A stretch of DNA of 64,000 nucleotides, taken from the NCBI GenBank assembly GCA_902594875.1, contig CACJNU010000001.1, positions 57,468 to 121,467 on the forward strand, given 5' to 3'. The notes beneath the pieces are model-generated. The model ran no database searches, was not told the DNA's origin, and saw nothing but the letters and a program-made list of their open reading frames with translations. Both the position numbers and the translations under genes were made by a program. The first letter of the stretch is position 1. Each line of letters opens with the position of its first letter. This document shows, piece after piece, positions 18,936 through 29,519 of this stretch. This DNA comes from an uncultured Prochlorococcus sp. GTDB lineage: Bacteria > Cyanobacteriota > Cyanobacteriia > PCC-6307 > Cyanobiaceae.

Positions 18936-18985
18936 CCCCTATCTATAGTGCAACCTAACCAGTCTTAATACACTACAGATAGTGC
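18936..18985. promoter_or_regulatory. Two NrdR-box-like 16-bp palindromes
   Basis: CCCCTATCTATAGTGC (18936-18951) and ACACTACAGATAGTGC (18970-18985), compared with the NrdR consensus acaCwAtATaTwGtgt. Box 1 is 1 nt from a minus-strand TTGCAT (-35-like) at 18929-18934. Confidence 0.55.
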
Positions 18986-19153
18986 TTTAATGTTATTCTT
19001 GTATGTTTGTTTATAAATTCTGAAATAATTTTGTAAATTTAAAGTTTTTGAGTAAAAACTTATTTCATGATTTCAAGTGTTTTGGTAATTTTACTTGTTA
19101 AAAATATCATGCGCTGTATCATTCGTATGGAATTTACTAGTAAAGAATTTTTA

Positions 19154-19381
19154 ATGATTGAATTAACTTTACTTACTCTTTTGAACTATGTTGGTGATAA
19201 TTTCTGTCAATATAGAAATCTAGGTCATGATAATTATAAAGCTTTACTTCTTTCTTATAGTGACGCAAGTAGTAAATTTGGAACATTAAAGGTTAAAAAG
19301 GTTATTGAGAATTCAGATAATTTTAAAGTTGCTGCTGTTACTATTGCTGCAATTAAGTGTCCTCAGCATATAGTTAGGTAA
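19154..19381 (+). CDS. Conserved hypothetical protein
   Basis: MIELTLLTLLNYVGDNFCQYR...AAIKCP. Start at 19154 preferred over 19067. Confidence 0.7.
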   Translation: MIELTLLTLLNYVGDNFCQYRNLGHDNYKALLLSYSDASSKFGTLKVKKVIENSDNFKVAAVTIAAIKCPQHIVR

Positions 19382-19647
19382 TGAGGTTTGAATTAAAAAC
19401 TGAAAATGAAAATTATTCAAAATCATTTTCACACTTTTTTGGGATAATATTTTTTCTCTCTTTAATAATTATCCTTTCTGATGTTGCACTCAAATTAGGA
19501 ATCATATCTAGAAATCATAAAATTGAATATAATTGTAGGCTTTTATCAGTTGAAAAATCTAAAAATCATTTTAAAAAATTATCTAGGCTTTCTAATCTGA
19601 AAAGTAAACAACAAATTTGGGAATTTTGCAGCAAGGTTATTAAATAA
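19381..19647 (+). CDS. Hypothetical single-TM protein
   Basis: TAATG stop/start overlap with the previous gene; YNCRLL and WEFC. Confidence 0.72.
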   Translation: MRFELKTENENYSKSFSHFFGIIFFLSLIIILSDVALKLGIISRNHKIEYNCRLLSVEKSKNHFKKLSRLSNLKSKQQIWEFCSKVIK

Positions 19648-19650
19648 TAC

Positions 19651-20445
19651 TTAACTAGATGCTGATGAATAGAATTTTAATGCAAATAACCAGAACTTTC
19701 TTGAAGTTATAAGAAAGACTGTCGCAACAATAACTTCAAGCAATATTTTCCATAATACAGAAAGTCCTAGAAAAACTTCAGAAGGAATTGTAGTTATAAA
19801 GGCAATAGGAATGAAAACACTAAAAAAAATTCTTAAAGAAAATGAAAATGAATTTAAAGGAAATCTTCCAACATAAAGGAATGATCTTAATACTTCTATT
19901 GCATTCCAAGTCTTAACAAACCAAATAGTAGTGGTAGAGATAAAAAACCATAAGCTATATAAAATACAAATCGAGCAGCTTATCGTAATGAAGGAAAGGG
20001 TTAAAAAACTTAAATTTAAATTGATTTGATTTATTTTTATGCAGAAGAACAACAATAAAAATCCAAGCATTATTTCTAAAAATCCAGATGGATTAATTTT
20101 TTTTAATGAAATAAAAAATTGACTATCAATTGGTTTTAAAAGTACGAAGTCTAATGTTCCTTCTCTTATATGTTTGACTATTTCTGTAAGATTAGGATTG
20201 AACCATGTATTTGTTATTCCATTCAGAATTGTATAAATAGCTTGGATTATTAGTGCCTGTTCAAATTTCCACCCTCCAATAGATCCATTATTTTGAAAGA
20301 AAATAGATAATAGAAAAATACTCCCTACTAAACTTAAAATTGCAGTAATTAAATCAATTAATATATTTGTCTTATACTCCAATTCAGAGGCTAAAGAAGT
20401 ATGTAAGAATTTTTTATAAACTGTTGGATATTTTCTTAAATTCAT
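19651..20445 (-). CDS. ABC-2 type transporter permease (DUF990-like)
   Basis: IREGTLDFVLLKP; 6 TMs. Confidence 0.92.
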   Translation of the reverse strand: MNLRKYPTVYKKFLHTSLASELEYKTNILIDLITAILSLVGSIFLLSIFFQNNGSIGGWKFEQALIIQAIYTILNGITNTWFNPNLTEIVKHIREGTLDFVLLKPIDSQFFISLKKINPSGFLEIMLGFLLLFFCIKINQINLNLSFLTLSFITISCSICILYSLWFFISTTTIWFVKTWNAIEVLRSFLYVGRFPLNSFSFSLRIFFSVFIPIAFITTIPSEVFLGLSVLWKILLEVIVATVFLITSRKFWLFALKFYSSASS

Positions 20446-21236
20446 GATCCCATTGCTGTATATTTTTTCGTTCCTTCAGACCAGATTTTCTTAAATAATG
20501 GGAAAAGTAAAAAAATCCATAGAATTTGCATACTTAAGCCTCCACTAATATTTGTTTCATTACCTGATAGTAAGTTCGCAGGGAAATCAATTAGATAAGG
20601 AAAAGGAGTCAAATAAATCCAAGATTTTACATACGCAGGGAAAGAAACTACTGGTGCTAAAAGGCCTGAGAGAAATAAAGTTGGAATAAATAACAATCTT
20701 TCTATCGATGATGCTTTCTCTGTCCAAAAACATAGACATGCAACTATTGACTGAATTAAAAATTGAATTAAGAAGGATAAGAAAGTAGATACCAATGATA
20801 AGAGTAAAATACCTAAATTTGGTATCCATATACTTTCTGGATTAAAAATAAAAAAGAAAAATGCGATTATTAGTGCGAAAGGAAATCTTGTTATTTGCTC
20901 AGCAATATGTTGGGCAAAATACCTGAAAAATGGATTTAAAGGTTGGATTAAATACGGAGATACTTTCCCCATAAGAGAATCCTCTTCAAAACTAAACACA
21001 ACCCAAACTACAGAAAACTGTCTAACAAAAAAAGCACATAAGAAATACCTAGAAAGCATAATATCACTAATGTTTATTGATTCATTTAGATTATTATTTG
21101 TCCAAATGTTTAACATGAAAAAAGGGATAATACCTGAAATTGCCCATAATGCAATTTCTACTCTGTATTCCAACATGTTTGAATATTGGACTTTTAATAA
21201 AGTGAATATTTTACGGTTAATCAAATTAGATATCAT
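20442..21236 (-). CDS. ABC-2 type transporter permease (DUF990-like)
   Basis: GKVSPYLIQP and FLSGLLAPV; overlaps both neighbours. Confidence 0.92.
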   Translation of the reverse strand: MISNLINRKIFTLLKVQYSNMLEYRVEIALWAISGIIPFFMLNIWTNNNLNESINISDIMLSRYFLCAFFVRQFSVVWVVFSFEEDSLMGKVSPYLIQPLNPFFRYFAQHIAEQITRFPFALIIAFFFFIFNPESIWIPNLGILLLSLVSTFLSFLIQFLIQSIVACLCFWTEKASSIERLLFIPTLFLSGLLAPVVSFPAYVKSWIYLTPFPYLIDFPANLLSGNETNISGGLSMQILWIFLLFPLFKKIWSEGTKKYTAMGS

Positions 21237-22221
21237 AATCTTTTTTGATTAATACCTTCCCAATAACCTCATCTATAGGTGGTTCATTTATAAAAAGGTC
21301 AAGAATATCAAAATTATTTAAAATAGTTTTTAGTGAAGAGGTAAAAGAGTTGTTTTCAATTTTTATAGTGATTTCATTCTTTATTTTATTTTTAACAGTA
21401 AAACCGGAATTTTCTAATTTAATTGCATCCTCTTCAGAGCGACAAACTATTAATATTTCTTTAACAGGAGAAAGTTTTTTTAATAGTAGGTCAAGTTTTC
21501 CATCATATGATATCGCCCCTTCGTGCACACATATAACTCTCTTGCACAGCGATGTAATATCTTTCATATAATGACTGGTAAGGCATATCGTTGCATTAGT
21601 TTCCTTATTATATTTTTGAAGGAATTTTCTTAAATTTCTCTGTGCATTAATATCTAATCCAAGTGTAGGCTCGTCTAAAAATAGAATATTTGGTTCATGT
21701 ATCAAAGCTGCAAGTAATTCTGATTTCATACGCTGACCTAGTGAAAGTTTTCTAACAGGTATGAATAGCTCTTCATCAATTTCAAGCATTTCTGATAGTT
21801 TTTTTATTCTCTTTTTAGCTTCGAACTTATCTAAGTCATATATTGATGCATTCAAATAAAATGATTCAATTGGCGGAAGATCCCAAATAAGCTGTTGCTT
21901 TTGTCCCATTATTAAAGTGATATTCTTTAGGAAATTTTCTTTTCTCCTGAAAGGTAAGTAGCCTGAAACCAAAATCGAACCTTCACTTGGATAAATTAAG
22001 CCACAAAGCATTTTTAATATTGTTGTTTTCCCAGCTCCATTAGCACCTAAAAAACCTACTATTTCTCCTTCTTTAATTTCAAAACTTATATCTTTTATAA
22101 CTTTTAAACTTTTTGTTTGTCTTTTAAAAAAGTGTTTAATTGTTCCTTTTAAGCCTGGTTCTTTGGAAGAGATATCAAAAGACTTAGATAAATTTCTTAC
22201 ATCGATAATATTTTGTACCAT
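21226..22221 (-). CDS. ABC transporter ATP-binding protein
   Basis: GANGAGKTT, LSLGQ, LFLDEPT and TSH. Confidence 0.95.
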   Translation of the reverse strand: MVQNIIDVRNLSKSFDISSKEPGLKGTIKHFFKRQTKSLKVIKDISFEIKEGEIVGFLGANGAGKTTILKMLCGLIYPSEGSILVSGYLPFRRKENFLKNITLIMGQKQQLIWDLPPIESFYLNASIYDLDKFEAKKRIKKLSEMLEIDEELFIPVRKLSLGQRMKSELLAALIHEPNILFLDEPTLGLDINAQRNLRKFLQKYNKETNATICLTSHYMKDITSLCKRVICVHEGAISYDGKLDLLLKKLSPVKEILIVCRSEEDAIKLENSGFTVKNKIKNEITIKIENNSFTSSLKTILNNFDILDLFINEPPIDEVIGKVLIKKDYDI

Positions 22222-22297
22222 TTAAATTTTTAATTACTGAAATTTTATATTTAAAAAAATTTTGAATTATTTTTATTTTAGAAAATTTTTTAACAAA

Positions 22298-22687
22298 TTA
22301 AAAAATATCTTTAAACGATACAACCAGCCAAATAAAAAAGTTAATTGGATTAAGTAACTCGTTTACCTTATTTTTATTTTCATAATTTAATCCCCTTAAA
22401 AAATTAAATATAAAATCACTATTCTCTTTTTTATAAATATTTTTTTTAATTACATTACCTTTTTCGTCGAGAAGATCAATTTCATCTTCAAAAAACCACT
22501 GCTCTTTACCATTAGATAATTGCAAGACAACTCCAATACCTTTGCCATCAGTTATTCTGAAATCACTTATCTTACCCAATGAAGAAACATTTATTGCATC
22601 AATAGTTTCTTTGGTAAGTCTATCCTTAGATAGTTCTAGGTTAACTTGAACAGAATTTCCGATCTTAACCTTATCTAAAATTGACAT
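22298..22687 (-). CDS. petP: Cytochrome b6f subunit PetP (DUF2862) with C-terminal extension
   Basis: SH3-like core GKISDFRITDGKGIGVVLQLSNGKEQWFFEDEI. Confidence 0.8.
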   Translation of the reverse strand: MSILDKVKIGNSVQVNLELSKDRLTKETIDAINVSSLGKISDFRITDGKGIGVVLQLSNGKEQWFFEDEIDLLDEKGNVIKKNIYKKENSDFIFNFLRGLNYENKNKVNELLNPINFFIWLVVSFKDIF

Positions 22688-22758
22688 TTTTTAGGTTATT
22701 ATACCTAGTGATAAGGGATTTATGCGTTTAATTCAGAATTATTGATTTATTTCAATAA

Positions 22759-22905
22759 TTACGATTTTTTGAAAACAGCTTCAAGAATTCTCTTTATTAA
22801 GATTGTTAATACTCTCAAAAATACAAAAAATAGTCCTAACCAACCTAATATTACAGCTATTGACAACAAGCTTGAACCTAAATCACGTTGTAGTAAATCC
22901 TGCAT
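22759..22905 (-). CDS. Small single-TM protein (48 aa, MQDLLQRDLGSSLLSIAVILGWLGLFFVFLRVLTILIKRILEAVFKKS)
   Basis: Translated by hand. Confidence 0.65.
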   Translation of the reverse strand: MQDLLQRDLGSSLLSIAVILGWLGLFFVFLRVLTILIKRILEAVFKKS

Positions 22906-23268
22906 ATAACTTACCAAATTACATACATTTAACTTTACTTTATTAAATTACTTATTCAAGATGAAAATTTCAAAATTTTGAAATTCTTCAATTCTTTTTT
23001 ATTGGCTTATTTATTAGATATGATTTGTGAGTTAAAATTTAGTTAGAAAATAATTTAATGTTTTTTTGGACCTATCTTTGAACTCATACATAGGAATATT
23101 TTTTATCATTTTTGGTCTATTAGTTAGAGTTGACTTGAAATTCTCTATTCAAAAAGATATCAAATAATTTCTATTAAGCTCTTTTTTAGTAGGATTTAAA
23201 ACTTTCATTGGTTTTGGAACTTTGATTTTCAATTGATATCTGTTTATCTGTTTAATTTCATTTGGAAT

Positions 23269-23292
23269 AAAAAAGCCCCCAAAAGGAGGCTT
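23269..23292 (-). terminator. Intrinsic terminator of tRNA-Met
   Basis: Minus strand AAGCCTCC-TTTT-GGGGGCTTTTTT, just 3' of the tRNA CCA. Confidence 0.85.
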
Positions 23293-23298
23293 ATTCAT

Positions 23299-23375
<77 letters not shown>

Positions 23376-23419
23376 TCATATACATAGCATACATCTGAAA
23401 GGGGTATTTTTCCTTTTTT

Positions 23420-24385
23420 TTAGGATTCTTGGAATTTTACTTTACCTTTAACTTCAAGTCGCACTCCTTCAGAAAAATTAAACACCTTTTCTTCAATGTC
23501 TTGAATTCTTAAGTCAGATATCCATTCTAACTGTTTTAGTAAGTGAAGACTAACAGCATGCTTAGCTCTTTTTGAACCATCTTCTACTTTTAAAGCTATT
23601 CCTATCCCTTCATTTACTTTACATAGGCACTGTATTCCTTCGGCTCCACCTTTACCTATAACGTTCCCATGAGAAGCTGTTATTATTTCTGTATCAAATT
23701 TATTATTATCACTTATCATTGTTGGGTTTATTGCCATAGCCCTACTGATTTGTTCTAATTCAGCATTTTCGGAACTGCTCAGAAGTGAATATAACCTTGA
23801 CATTTCTAATAGTTTTAAATAAAGAGTGGGTGCACCACAATCATCACGTTCTGCATGTATTTCAGATGACGGAATTTCGAGTAATTCTGAAACAATTCTG
23901 AATATTTCTATTTGAAGAGGATGATCCCCTTTTAAGTAAGTATCCAATGGCCAATTCATTTTTTTGCATGTAGCTAAAAATGCGGCATGTTTACCCGAAC
24001 AATTATGTTCTAGTGGACTTGTCTTTGATTTTGGACATTTAAGATTATTTATGTCGATGTCATATTCCCATAAAATTTTAAAGGCTTCCCTTGAATGAAG
24101 TTTTGATCCACTATGTGACCCGCATGCTAAAGCGATTGATTTTGATTCATTATTGATTTTTGATGCAGCTCCACTACTAACGAAAGGTATTGCTTGAAAA
24201 GGTTTTAGTGCTGACCTTATGAAACTTTTATATTCTGGGTTTCCTGCGCACATTAAAACCCTCCCTTTTTTATCAGTAATAACGGCATGAATCTTGTGGA
24301 TCGACTCAATATTTGATCCTCTCATTAAGGTTGCTTGTAAGGGAGGATTGTTAGAAGTGTATAGGTTTTTGAAATTAGAACTCAT
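23420..24385 (-). CDS. L-asparaginase II (Rhizobium etli-type)
   Basis: RSALKPFQA, ACGSHSG, HNCSGKH, DDCGAP and GKGGAEG. Confidence 0.92.
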   Translation of the reverse strand: MSSNFKNLYTSNNPPLQATLMRGSNIESIHKIHAVITDKKGRVLMCAGNPEYKSFIRSALKPFQAIPFVSSGAASKINNESKSIALACGSHSGSKLHSREAFKILWEYDIDINNLKCPKSKTSPLEHNCSGKHAAFLATCKKMNWPLDTYLKGDHPLQIEIFRIVSELLEIPSSEIHAERDDCGAPTLYLKLLEMSRLYSLLSSSENAELEQISRAMAINPTMISDNNKFDTEIITASHGNVIGKGGAEGIQCLCKVNEGIGIALKVEDGSKRAKHAVSLHLLKQLEWISDLRIQDIEEKVFNFSEGVRLEVKGKVKFQES

Positions 24386-24880
24386 TTAGAAATTGTTGTA
24401 TTGAAAAATCAAAATACCAGACAAAGCTAAGACTGAAATAATAGAAAAAATTTGAATTAAATTTTTTAAAATAGGTTTTACCTCTATGGAGGCAATAAGT
24501 GATTCTTTTTCTTTTAAAACTAATGGCTTTTCCCATACTTGACCGTCATACCAGCCGGACTCCTCGTATTCGATTTTTTCAGATATTAATCTATTAAATA
24601 TATGATTCCAACCTAGATATAACCTTATTGAAATTAAAAGAGGTATTGATAAGCTGCTAAAAAAACTTAATAGAATATATTTCAAAAGGGAAGTTTTAAA
24701 GTATACACTACCTGAAGAAATAACAACAAATAGAACAAAAGCTCCTGCCCAGAACCTTATCAATATTAAAATTAGTGACTTTTTTGTTTTTGGCCAAGAA
24801 AAAATTTTAGATTTTGATAATTCTATGAATTCATTTGTGGGTTGCTGCTCTCTAGGGACAGGACATTTAGATTGATTCAT
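24386..24880 (-). CDS. ycf36: CGLD27/Ycf36 family protein (DUF1230)
   Basis: CPVPREQQPTNEF, RLYLGW and YEESGWYDGQVWEKP. Confidence 0.92.
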   Translation of the reverse strand: MNQSKCPVPREQQPTNEFIELSKSKIFSWPKTKKSLILILIRFWAGAFVLFVVISSGSVYFKTSLLKYILLSFFSSLSIPLLISIRLYLGWNHIFNRLISEKIEYEESGWYDGQVWEKPLVLKEKESLIASIEVKPILKNLIQIFSIISVLALSGILIFQYNNF

Positions 24881-24889
24881 AAAATAAAA

Positions 24890-25234
24890 TTATGGAAATA
24901 AAAGATTATCTCCATTACTCCAGAATGATTCAAGGTCATAATATTTTCTTATTTCAGGTTGAAAAATATTTACTATTAAATCACCATAATCGAGTAAAGC
25001 CCATTTCGCTTCGTTAATCCCTTCTTTTCGTATAGGTTCAATTTTAGCTTTTTCTTTAAGCTCTCCCTCCACAGAGTTGGTTATAGATCTAACCTGTACA
25101 TCAGATAATCCTTCTGCAATCAAAATCCATTCACTTATAAATGATACTTTGTCAATTTTTATAAGTTTTATATCTCTTGCCTTTTTTTCATCACATGCTT
25201 TAGCTGCTATTAAAACCAAACTTTTATTGTCCAT
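24890..25234 (-). CDS. rsfS: Ribosome silencing factor (Iojap)
   Basis: ACDEKKARDI and WALLDYGDLIVNIF..RKYYDLESFW. Start trimmed to MDNK. Confidence 0.95.
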   Translation of the reverse strand: MDNKSLVLIAAKACDEKKARDIKLIKIDKVSFISEWILIAEGLSDVQVRSITNSVEGELKEKAKIEPIRKEGINEAKWALLDYGDLIVNIFQPEIRKYYDLESFWSNGDNLLFP

Positions 25235-25862
25235 AAACATTTTCACTTGAAACTGATTTTTCTGAGCCTTCTTGCTGAGATAATTCTGATCTGGCTTTTT
25301 CTGCACTTTTTCTTAAGGCATCTAATCTATTTTCAAAGAAACTTCTTTTTTTCTTTTTTCGTGTCTTTTCTATTAACTCTTTTAATGCTCCTCCAAGACT
25401 TTTATAAGCATTTGGTATGCTGTATCCAAATCTGCAAGCAAGATCTATAGCTCTTTCATCTGCATAAATTGCATCTTGAAGTTTTTTTTCGGAATTATTT
25501 TTTAAATATAGTCTATATCCTGCAAAACTTGATAAACCAAGAGCAAGCAATAAAAGTAAGCCATCTTGTACCCATAACTCTCCAATTGCTCCTCCAAGTC
25601 CTATTGCAAGAGCTGCCATTTCCCATCCATCTCTGGGAATTGTGTCATTTTGAATTTTTCCAACTTCGTGCCAAAATAATAGATTTCTGTGGTCTATAGC
25701 AAAGTTATCCCATTCATCTAAATCTATTTGAATTTCTACTTCGTCACGACCTATTTCCTCAAGTGTTATTAAAGGTGGGTCTATAGCCGCAGCAGCTTCA
25801 ACAAATACCCAAGTTTCATTTTCTGGAGGCAACAAACTTTTAAGTCGCTGAAGTTCGCTCAT
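25224..25862 (-). CDS. DUF3318 family protein
   Basis: ELQRLKSLLP, RNLLFWHEV and ADERA; upstream of rsfS as is typical in cyanobacteria. Confidence 0.85.
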   Translation of the reverse strand: MSELQRLKSLLPPENETWVFVEAAAAIDPPLITLEEIGRDEVEIQIDLDEWDNFAIDHRNLLFWHEVGKIQNDTIPRDGWEMAALAIGLGGAIGELWVQDGLLLLLALGLSSFAGYRLYLKNNSEKKLQDAIYADERAIDLACRFGYSIPNAYKSLGGALKELIEKTRKKKKRSFFENRLDALRKSAEKARSELSQQEGSEKSVSSENVYGQ

Positions 25863-25969
25863 AAAAAATTAATTTCTTTCAATACTATAGAAACAAATGT
25901 TGCTTTTCAAGTAACTTGATTAACATCTGATGATTTATAAGTAGCATGATATAAATGAAGGTTTAAATT

Positions 25970-28900
25970 ATGCCTCAAAGAGGTGATATTAAAAAAATTC
26001 TTATTCTAGGTTCGGGACCGATTGTTATAGGTCAAGCATGCGAATTTGATTACTCTGGTACTCAAGCTTGCAAAGCATTAAGAAATGCGGGTTATGAAAT
26101 TGTCTTGATAAATTCAAATCCAGCATCAATAATGACTGATCCTGATATTGCGAGTAAAACATATATTGAACCATTAACTCCTGAAATAGTTTCTCAGATC
26201 ATTTTAAGAGAAAAACCTGATGCGATTCTTCCCACTATGGGAGGTCAAACCGCTTTGAATCTTGCGGTTAAATTATCAGAGTCAGATTTTTTAAAACAAA
26301 ATAATATTGAATTAATTGGAGCTGATTTAAGAGCTATTAATAAAGCTGAAGATAGGAAATTATTTAAAGAATCGATGAAAAAAATAAATGTAAATGTTTG
26401 TCCATCTGGTATTGCATCTAACCTAGATGAAGCTATGGAGGTATCAAAAAAAATTAGTTCATATCCCCTAATAATAAGGCCTGCTTTTACTTTAGGTGGA
26501 GTAGGGGGTGGAATTGCATTTAACCTTGAAGAATTTGTCGAGTTGTGTAAATCAGGTTTAGAGGAAAGTCCAAGTAGTCAAATATTAATTGAAAAATCAC
26601 TCATTGGTTGGAAGGAGTTTGAATTAGAAGTAATGAGAGATACTGCTGACAATGTGGTAATAGTTTGCAGTATTGAGAATTTAGACCCAATGGGTGTCCA
26701 CACTGGAGATTCTATTACTGTAGCTCCTGCACAGACCTTAACAGATAAGGAGTATCAGAGGTTGCGGGATTTGTCATTGAAGATTATTAGAGAGGTGGGA
26801 GTTGAAACAGGAGGGAGTAATATTCAATTTGCAATAAATCCATCTAATGGAGAAGTAATTGTTATAGAAATGAATCCTCGTGTAAGTAGATCCTCTGCTT
26901 TGGCAAGTAAAGCAACTGGATTCCCCATAGCTAAGATTGCAGCTTTATTATCTGTTGGCTATACACTTGATGAGATTATTAATGACATAACAAAAAAAAC
27001 ACCTGCATGTTTTGAGCCCTCAATTGATTATGTAGTTACTAAAATCCCAAGATTTGCTTTTGAAAAGTTCAAAGGCTCATCTAATACTTTAAGCACTGCT
27101 ATGAAATCTGTTGGTGAGTCAATGGCAATAGGTCGTTCTTTTGAAGAATCATTTCAGAAAGCATTAAGGTCATTAGAAGTAGGTGTTTTTGGATGGGAAT
27201 GTGATTCACAAGATGAATTTAAAGATGAGAGTCAAATTAAAAATAGTTTAAGAAACCCTACATCTGAAAGAATTCTCCTAATTAAAAAAGCTATGCAGCT
27301 TGGGAAAACTAATAATTTTATTCAAGAAATTACAAATATAGATTTATGGTTTATCGAAAAATTACGTAATATCTTTAATTTTGAAAATGATTTTTTGAAA
27401 GATAAGGAACTTTATACTTTAGATAGAGATTTGATGTTGCATGCTAAACAATTAGGCTTTTCAGATCAACAGATAGCAAAGTTAACTAATTCTGAGTTTT
27501 TTGAAGTAAGAAGATATAGGAAAAAACTTAATATAATTCCAATTTATAAAACTGTTGATACTTGTTCAGCAGAATTCTCATCCTCAACTCCCTATCATTA
27601 TTCAACTTACGAAGAATCTTTCATTAATTTTAATTCTCAAATTTTTGATAGCGAGATTTCAGAAAATAGTAAATCAAAAAAAATTATGATTTTAGGAGGG
27701 GGTCCAAACAGAATTGGTCAGGGAATAGAATTTGATTACTGTTGTTGTCATGCGTCATATCAAGCTTCTACAAATGGTTATAAAACAATAATGGTTAATA
27801 GTAATCCTGAAACTGTATCAACAGATTATGATACTAGCGATATTTTATATTTTGAGCCTGTAACTTTGGAGGATGTGCTCAACATAATAGAAGCTGAAAA
27901 TCCTTATGGTTTGATTGTTCAATTTGGAGGTCAAACTCCACTGAAATTATCATTACCTTTATTTGAATGGCTTAAATCTAATGATGGGATCAGAACTGGA
28001 TCAAAAATTCTTGGAACTTCTCCAATATCTATCGATTTAGCAGAAGATAGAGAGGAATTTACAAAAATTCTTGAAGAATTAAGTATTAGACAACCTTTAA
28101 ATGGTATTGCACGTAATCAAAATGAAGCAGAAATAGTAGCAAAAAATATAGGATTCCCCTTGGTTGTAAGACCTTCTTATGTTTTAGGTGGAAGGGCAAT
28201 GGAAATTGTTAAAGATGAGAATGAATTATCGAGATACATTTCTGAAGCAGTTAAGGTATCACCTGATCATCCAATCCTTCTTGATCAATATTTGAATAAT
28301 GCAATTGAGATAGATGTTGATGCTTTATGCGATTCAGAGGGTTCGGTTGTAATTGCTGGGCTAATGGAACATGTGGAACCTGCAGGAATTCATTCAGGAG
28401 ATTCAGCTTGTTGCTTGCCATCCATTTCTCTTTCAACATCCACAATAGAAAATGTAAGGAACTGGACTAAATTAATTGCACAAAGATTAAATGTTGTTGG
28501 TTTAATTAATTTGCAATTTGCAGTAGTAAATACAAATAATAAAGAAAATAAATTATTTATTCTCGAAGCAAATCCAAGAGCATCCAGGACAGTCCCATTT
28601 GTTTCAAAAGCCATAGGTAAACCTGTTGCGAAAATAGCTACTCAGTTAATGCAAGGTTTTACATTAGAAGAGCTTGATTTTACAGAAGAATTTTCTCCAA
28701 AATATCAGGCAGTAAAAGAGGCCGTTTTACCTTTTAAAAGATTTCCTGGGTCTGATACATTACTTGGCCCTGAAATGAGATCTACTGGAGAAGTAATGGG
28801 TTTGGCTAAAGATTTTGGAATTGCTTATGCCAAGTCGGAATTGGCAGCAGGTAATGGCGTCCCTTCAGAAGGAGTTGCTTTTTTATCTACAAATGATTTA

Positions 28901-29266
28901 GATAAAAAAAATCTTGAGGAAGTTGCTAGAGACCTTTTGAATTTAGGATTTAAATTAATCGCAACAAAAGGTACAGCTTCATATTTGGTGAATTTAGGAA
29001 TTAAAGTTGAAGAAGTCCTAAAAGTTCATGAAGGAAGACCAAATATTGAGGACCTAATTCGTTCGGGACTTGTTCAATTAATAATTAATACTCCAATTGG
29101 TTCGCAGGCTCTTCATGATGATGCTTATTTAAGACGTGCCGCTTTAGAATATAATATTCCAACTTTTACAACTATCCCTGGAGCAAAGGCAGCTATTAAG
29201 GCGATCAAAGCTTTGCAATGCAATAAAATTAATACTTACTCTCTACAGGAAATCCATAATTATTAA
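25970..29266 (+). CDS. carB: Carbamoyl-phosphate synthase large subunit
   Basis: [17 protein letters not shown], duplicated ATP-grasp domains and a C-terminal MGS domain. Confidence 0.99.
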   Translation: MPQRGDIKKILILGSGPIVIGQACEFDYSGTQACKALRNAGYEIVLINSNPASIMTDPDIASKTYIEPLTPEIVSQIILREKPDAILPTMGGQTALNLAVKLSESDFLKQNNIELIGADLRAINKAEDRKLFKESMKKINVNVCPSGIASNLDEAMEVSKKISSYPLIIRPAFTLGGVGGGIAFNLEEFVELCKSGLEESPSSQILIEKSLIGWKEFELEVMRDTADNVVIVCSIENLDPMGVHTGDSITVAPAQTLTDKEYQRLRDLSLKIIREVGVETGGSNIQFAINPSNGEVIVIEMNPRVSRSSALASKATGFPIAKIAALLSVGYTLDEIINDITKKTPACFEPSIDYVVTKIPRFAFEKFKGSSNTLSTAMKSVGESMAIGRSFEESFQKALRSLEVGVFGWECDSQDEFKDESQIKNSLRNPTSERILLIKKAMQLGKTNNFIQEITNIDLWFIEKLRNIFNFENDFLKDKELYTLDRDLMLHAKQLGFSDQQIAKLTNSEFFEVRRYRKKLNIIPIYKTVDTCSAEFSSSTPYHYSTYEESFINFNSQIFDSEISENSKSKKIMILGGGPNRIGQGIEFDYCCCHASYQASTNGYKTIMVNSNPETVSTDYDTSDILYFEPVTLEDVLNIIEAENPYGLIVQFGGQTPLKLSLPLFEWLKSNDGIRTGSKILGTSPISIDLAEDREEFTKILEELSIRQPLNGIARNQNEAEIVAKNIGFPLVVRPSYVLGGRAMEIVKDENELSRYISEAVKVSPDHPILLDQYLNNAIEIDVDALCDSEGSVVIAGLMEHVEPAGIHSGDSACCLPSISLSTSTIENVRNWTKLIAQRLNVVGLINLQFAVVNTNNKENKLFILEANPRASRTVPFVSKAIGKPVAKIATQLMQGFTLEELDFTEEFSPKYQAVKEAVLPFKRFPGSDTLLGPEMRSTGEVMGLAKDFGIAYAKSELAAGNGVPSEGVAFLSTNDLDKKNLEEVARDLLNLGFKLIATKGTASYLVNLGIKVEEVLKVHEGRPNIEDLIRSGLVQLIINTPIGSQALHDDAYLRRAALEYNIPTFTTIPGAKAAIKAIKALQCNKINTYSLQEIHNY

Positions 29267-29270
29267 AATT

Positions 29271-29489
29271 TTATTCTAAGTTTTTTAGTTTTTCTCTTAA
29301 TTGATTAACTAGAGAGTTTCGACTAATTGAAAGTAACTTGAGAGTGTCTTGATGCATCTTAAGTTGTGTCTCGGCTATTTGTAGTACTTTTATAGATTCT
29401 TTTATTTCATTAGAAAGTTCATTTATTAAATACTTTTTGCCTTCAAAGGTTAAAACTGGATTCGCAGAGTCATTTGTGTTTTCGCTCAT
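29271..29489 (-). CDS. Small coiled-coil conserved protein (DUF6447-like)
   Basis: LTFEGKKYLINELS followed by a coiled coil. Confidence 0.7.
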   Translation of the reverse strand: MSENTNDSANPVLTFEGKKYLINELSNEIKESIKVLQIAETQLKMHQDTLKLLSISRNSLVNQLREKLKNLE

Positions 29490-29519
29490 GGATTTACTTT
29501 TTTAATAAATAAAATAAAA

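Noticed and set aside
806-23298. Tycheposon, prophage or integrative element at tRNA-Met
   Set aside because: No integrase, excisionase, primase or terminase ORF, and I saw no tRNA 3' direct repeat by eye. The region also holds rpsU and petP.
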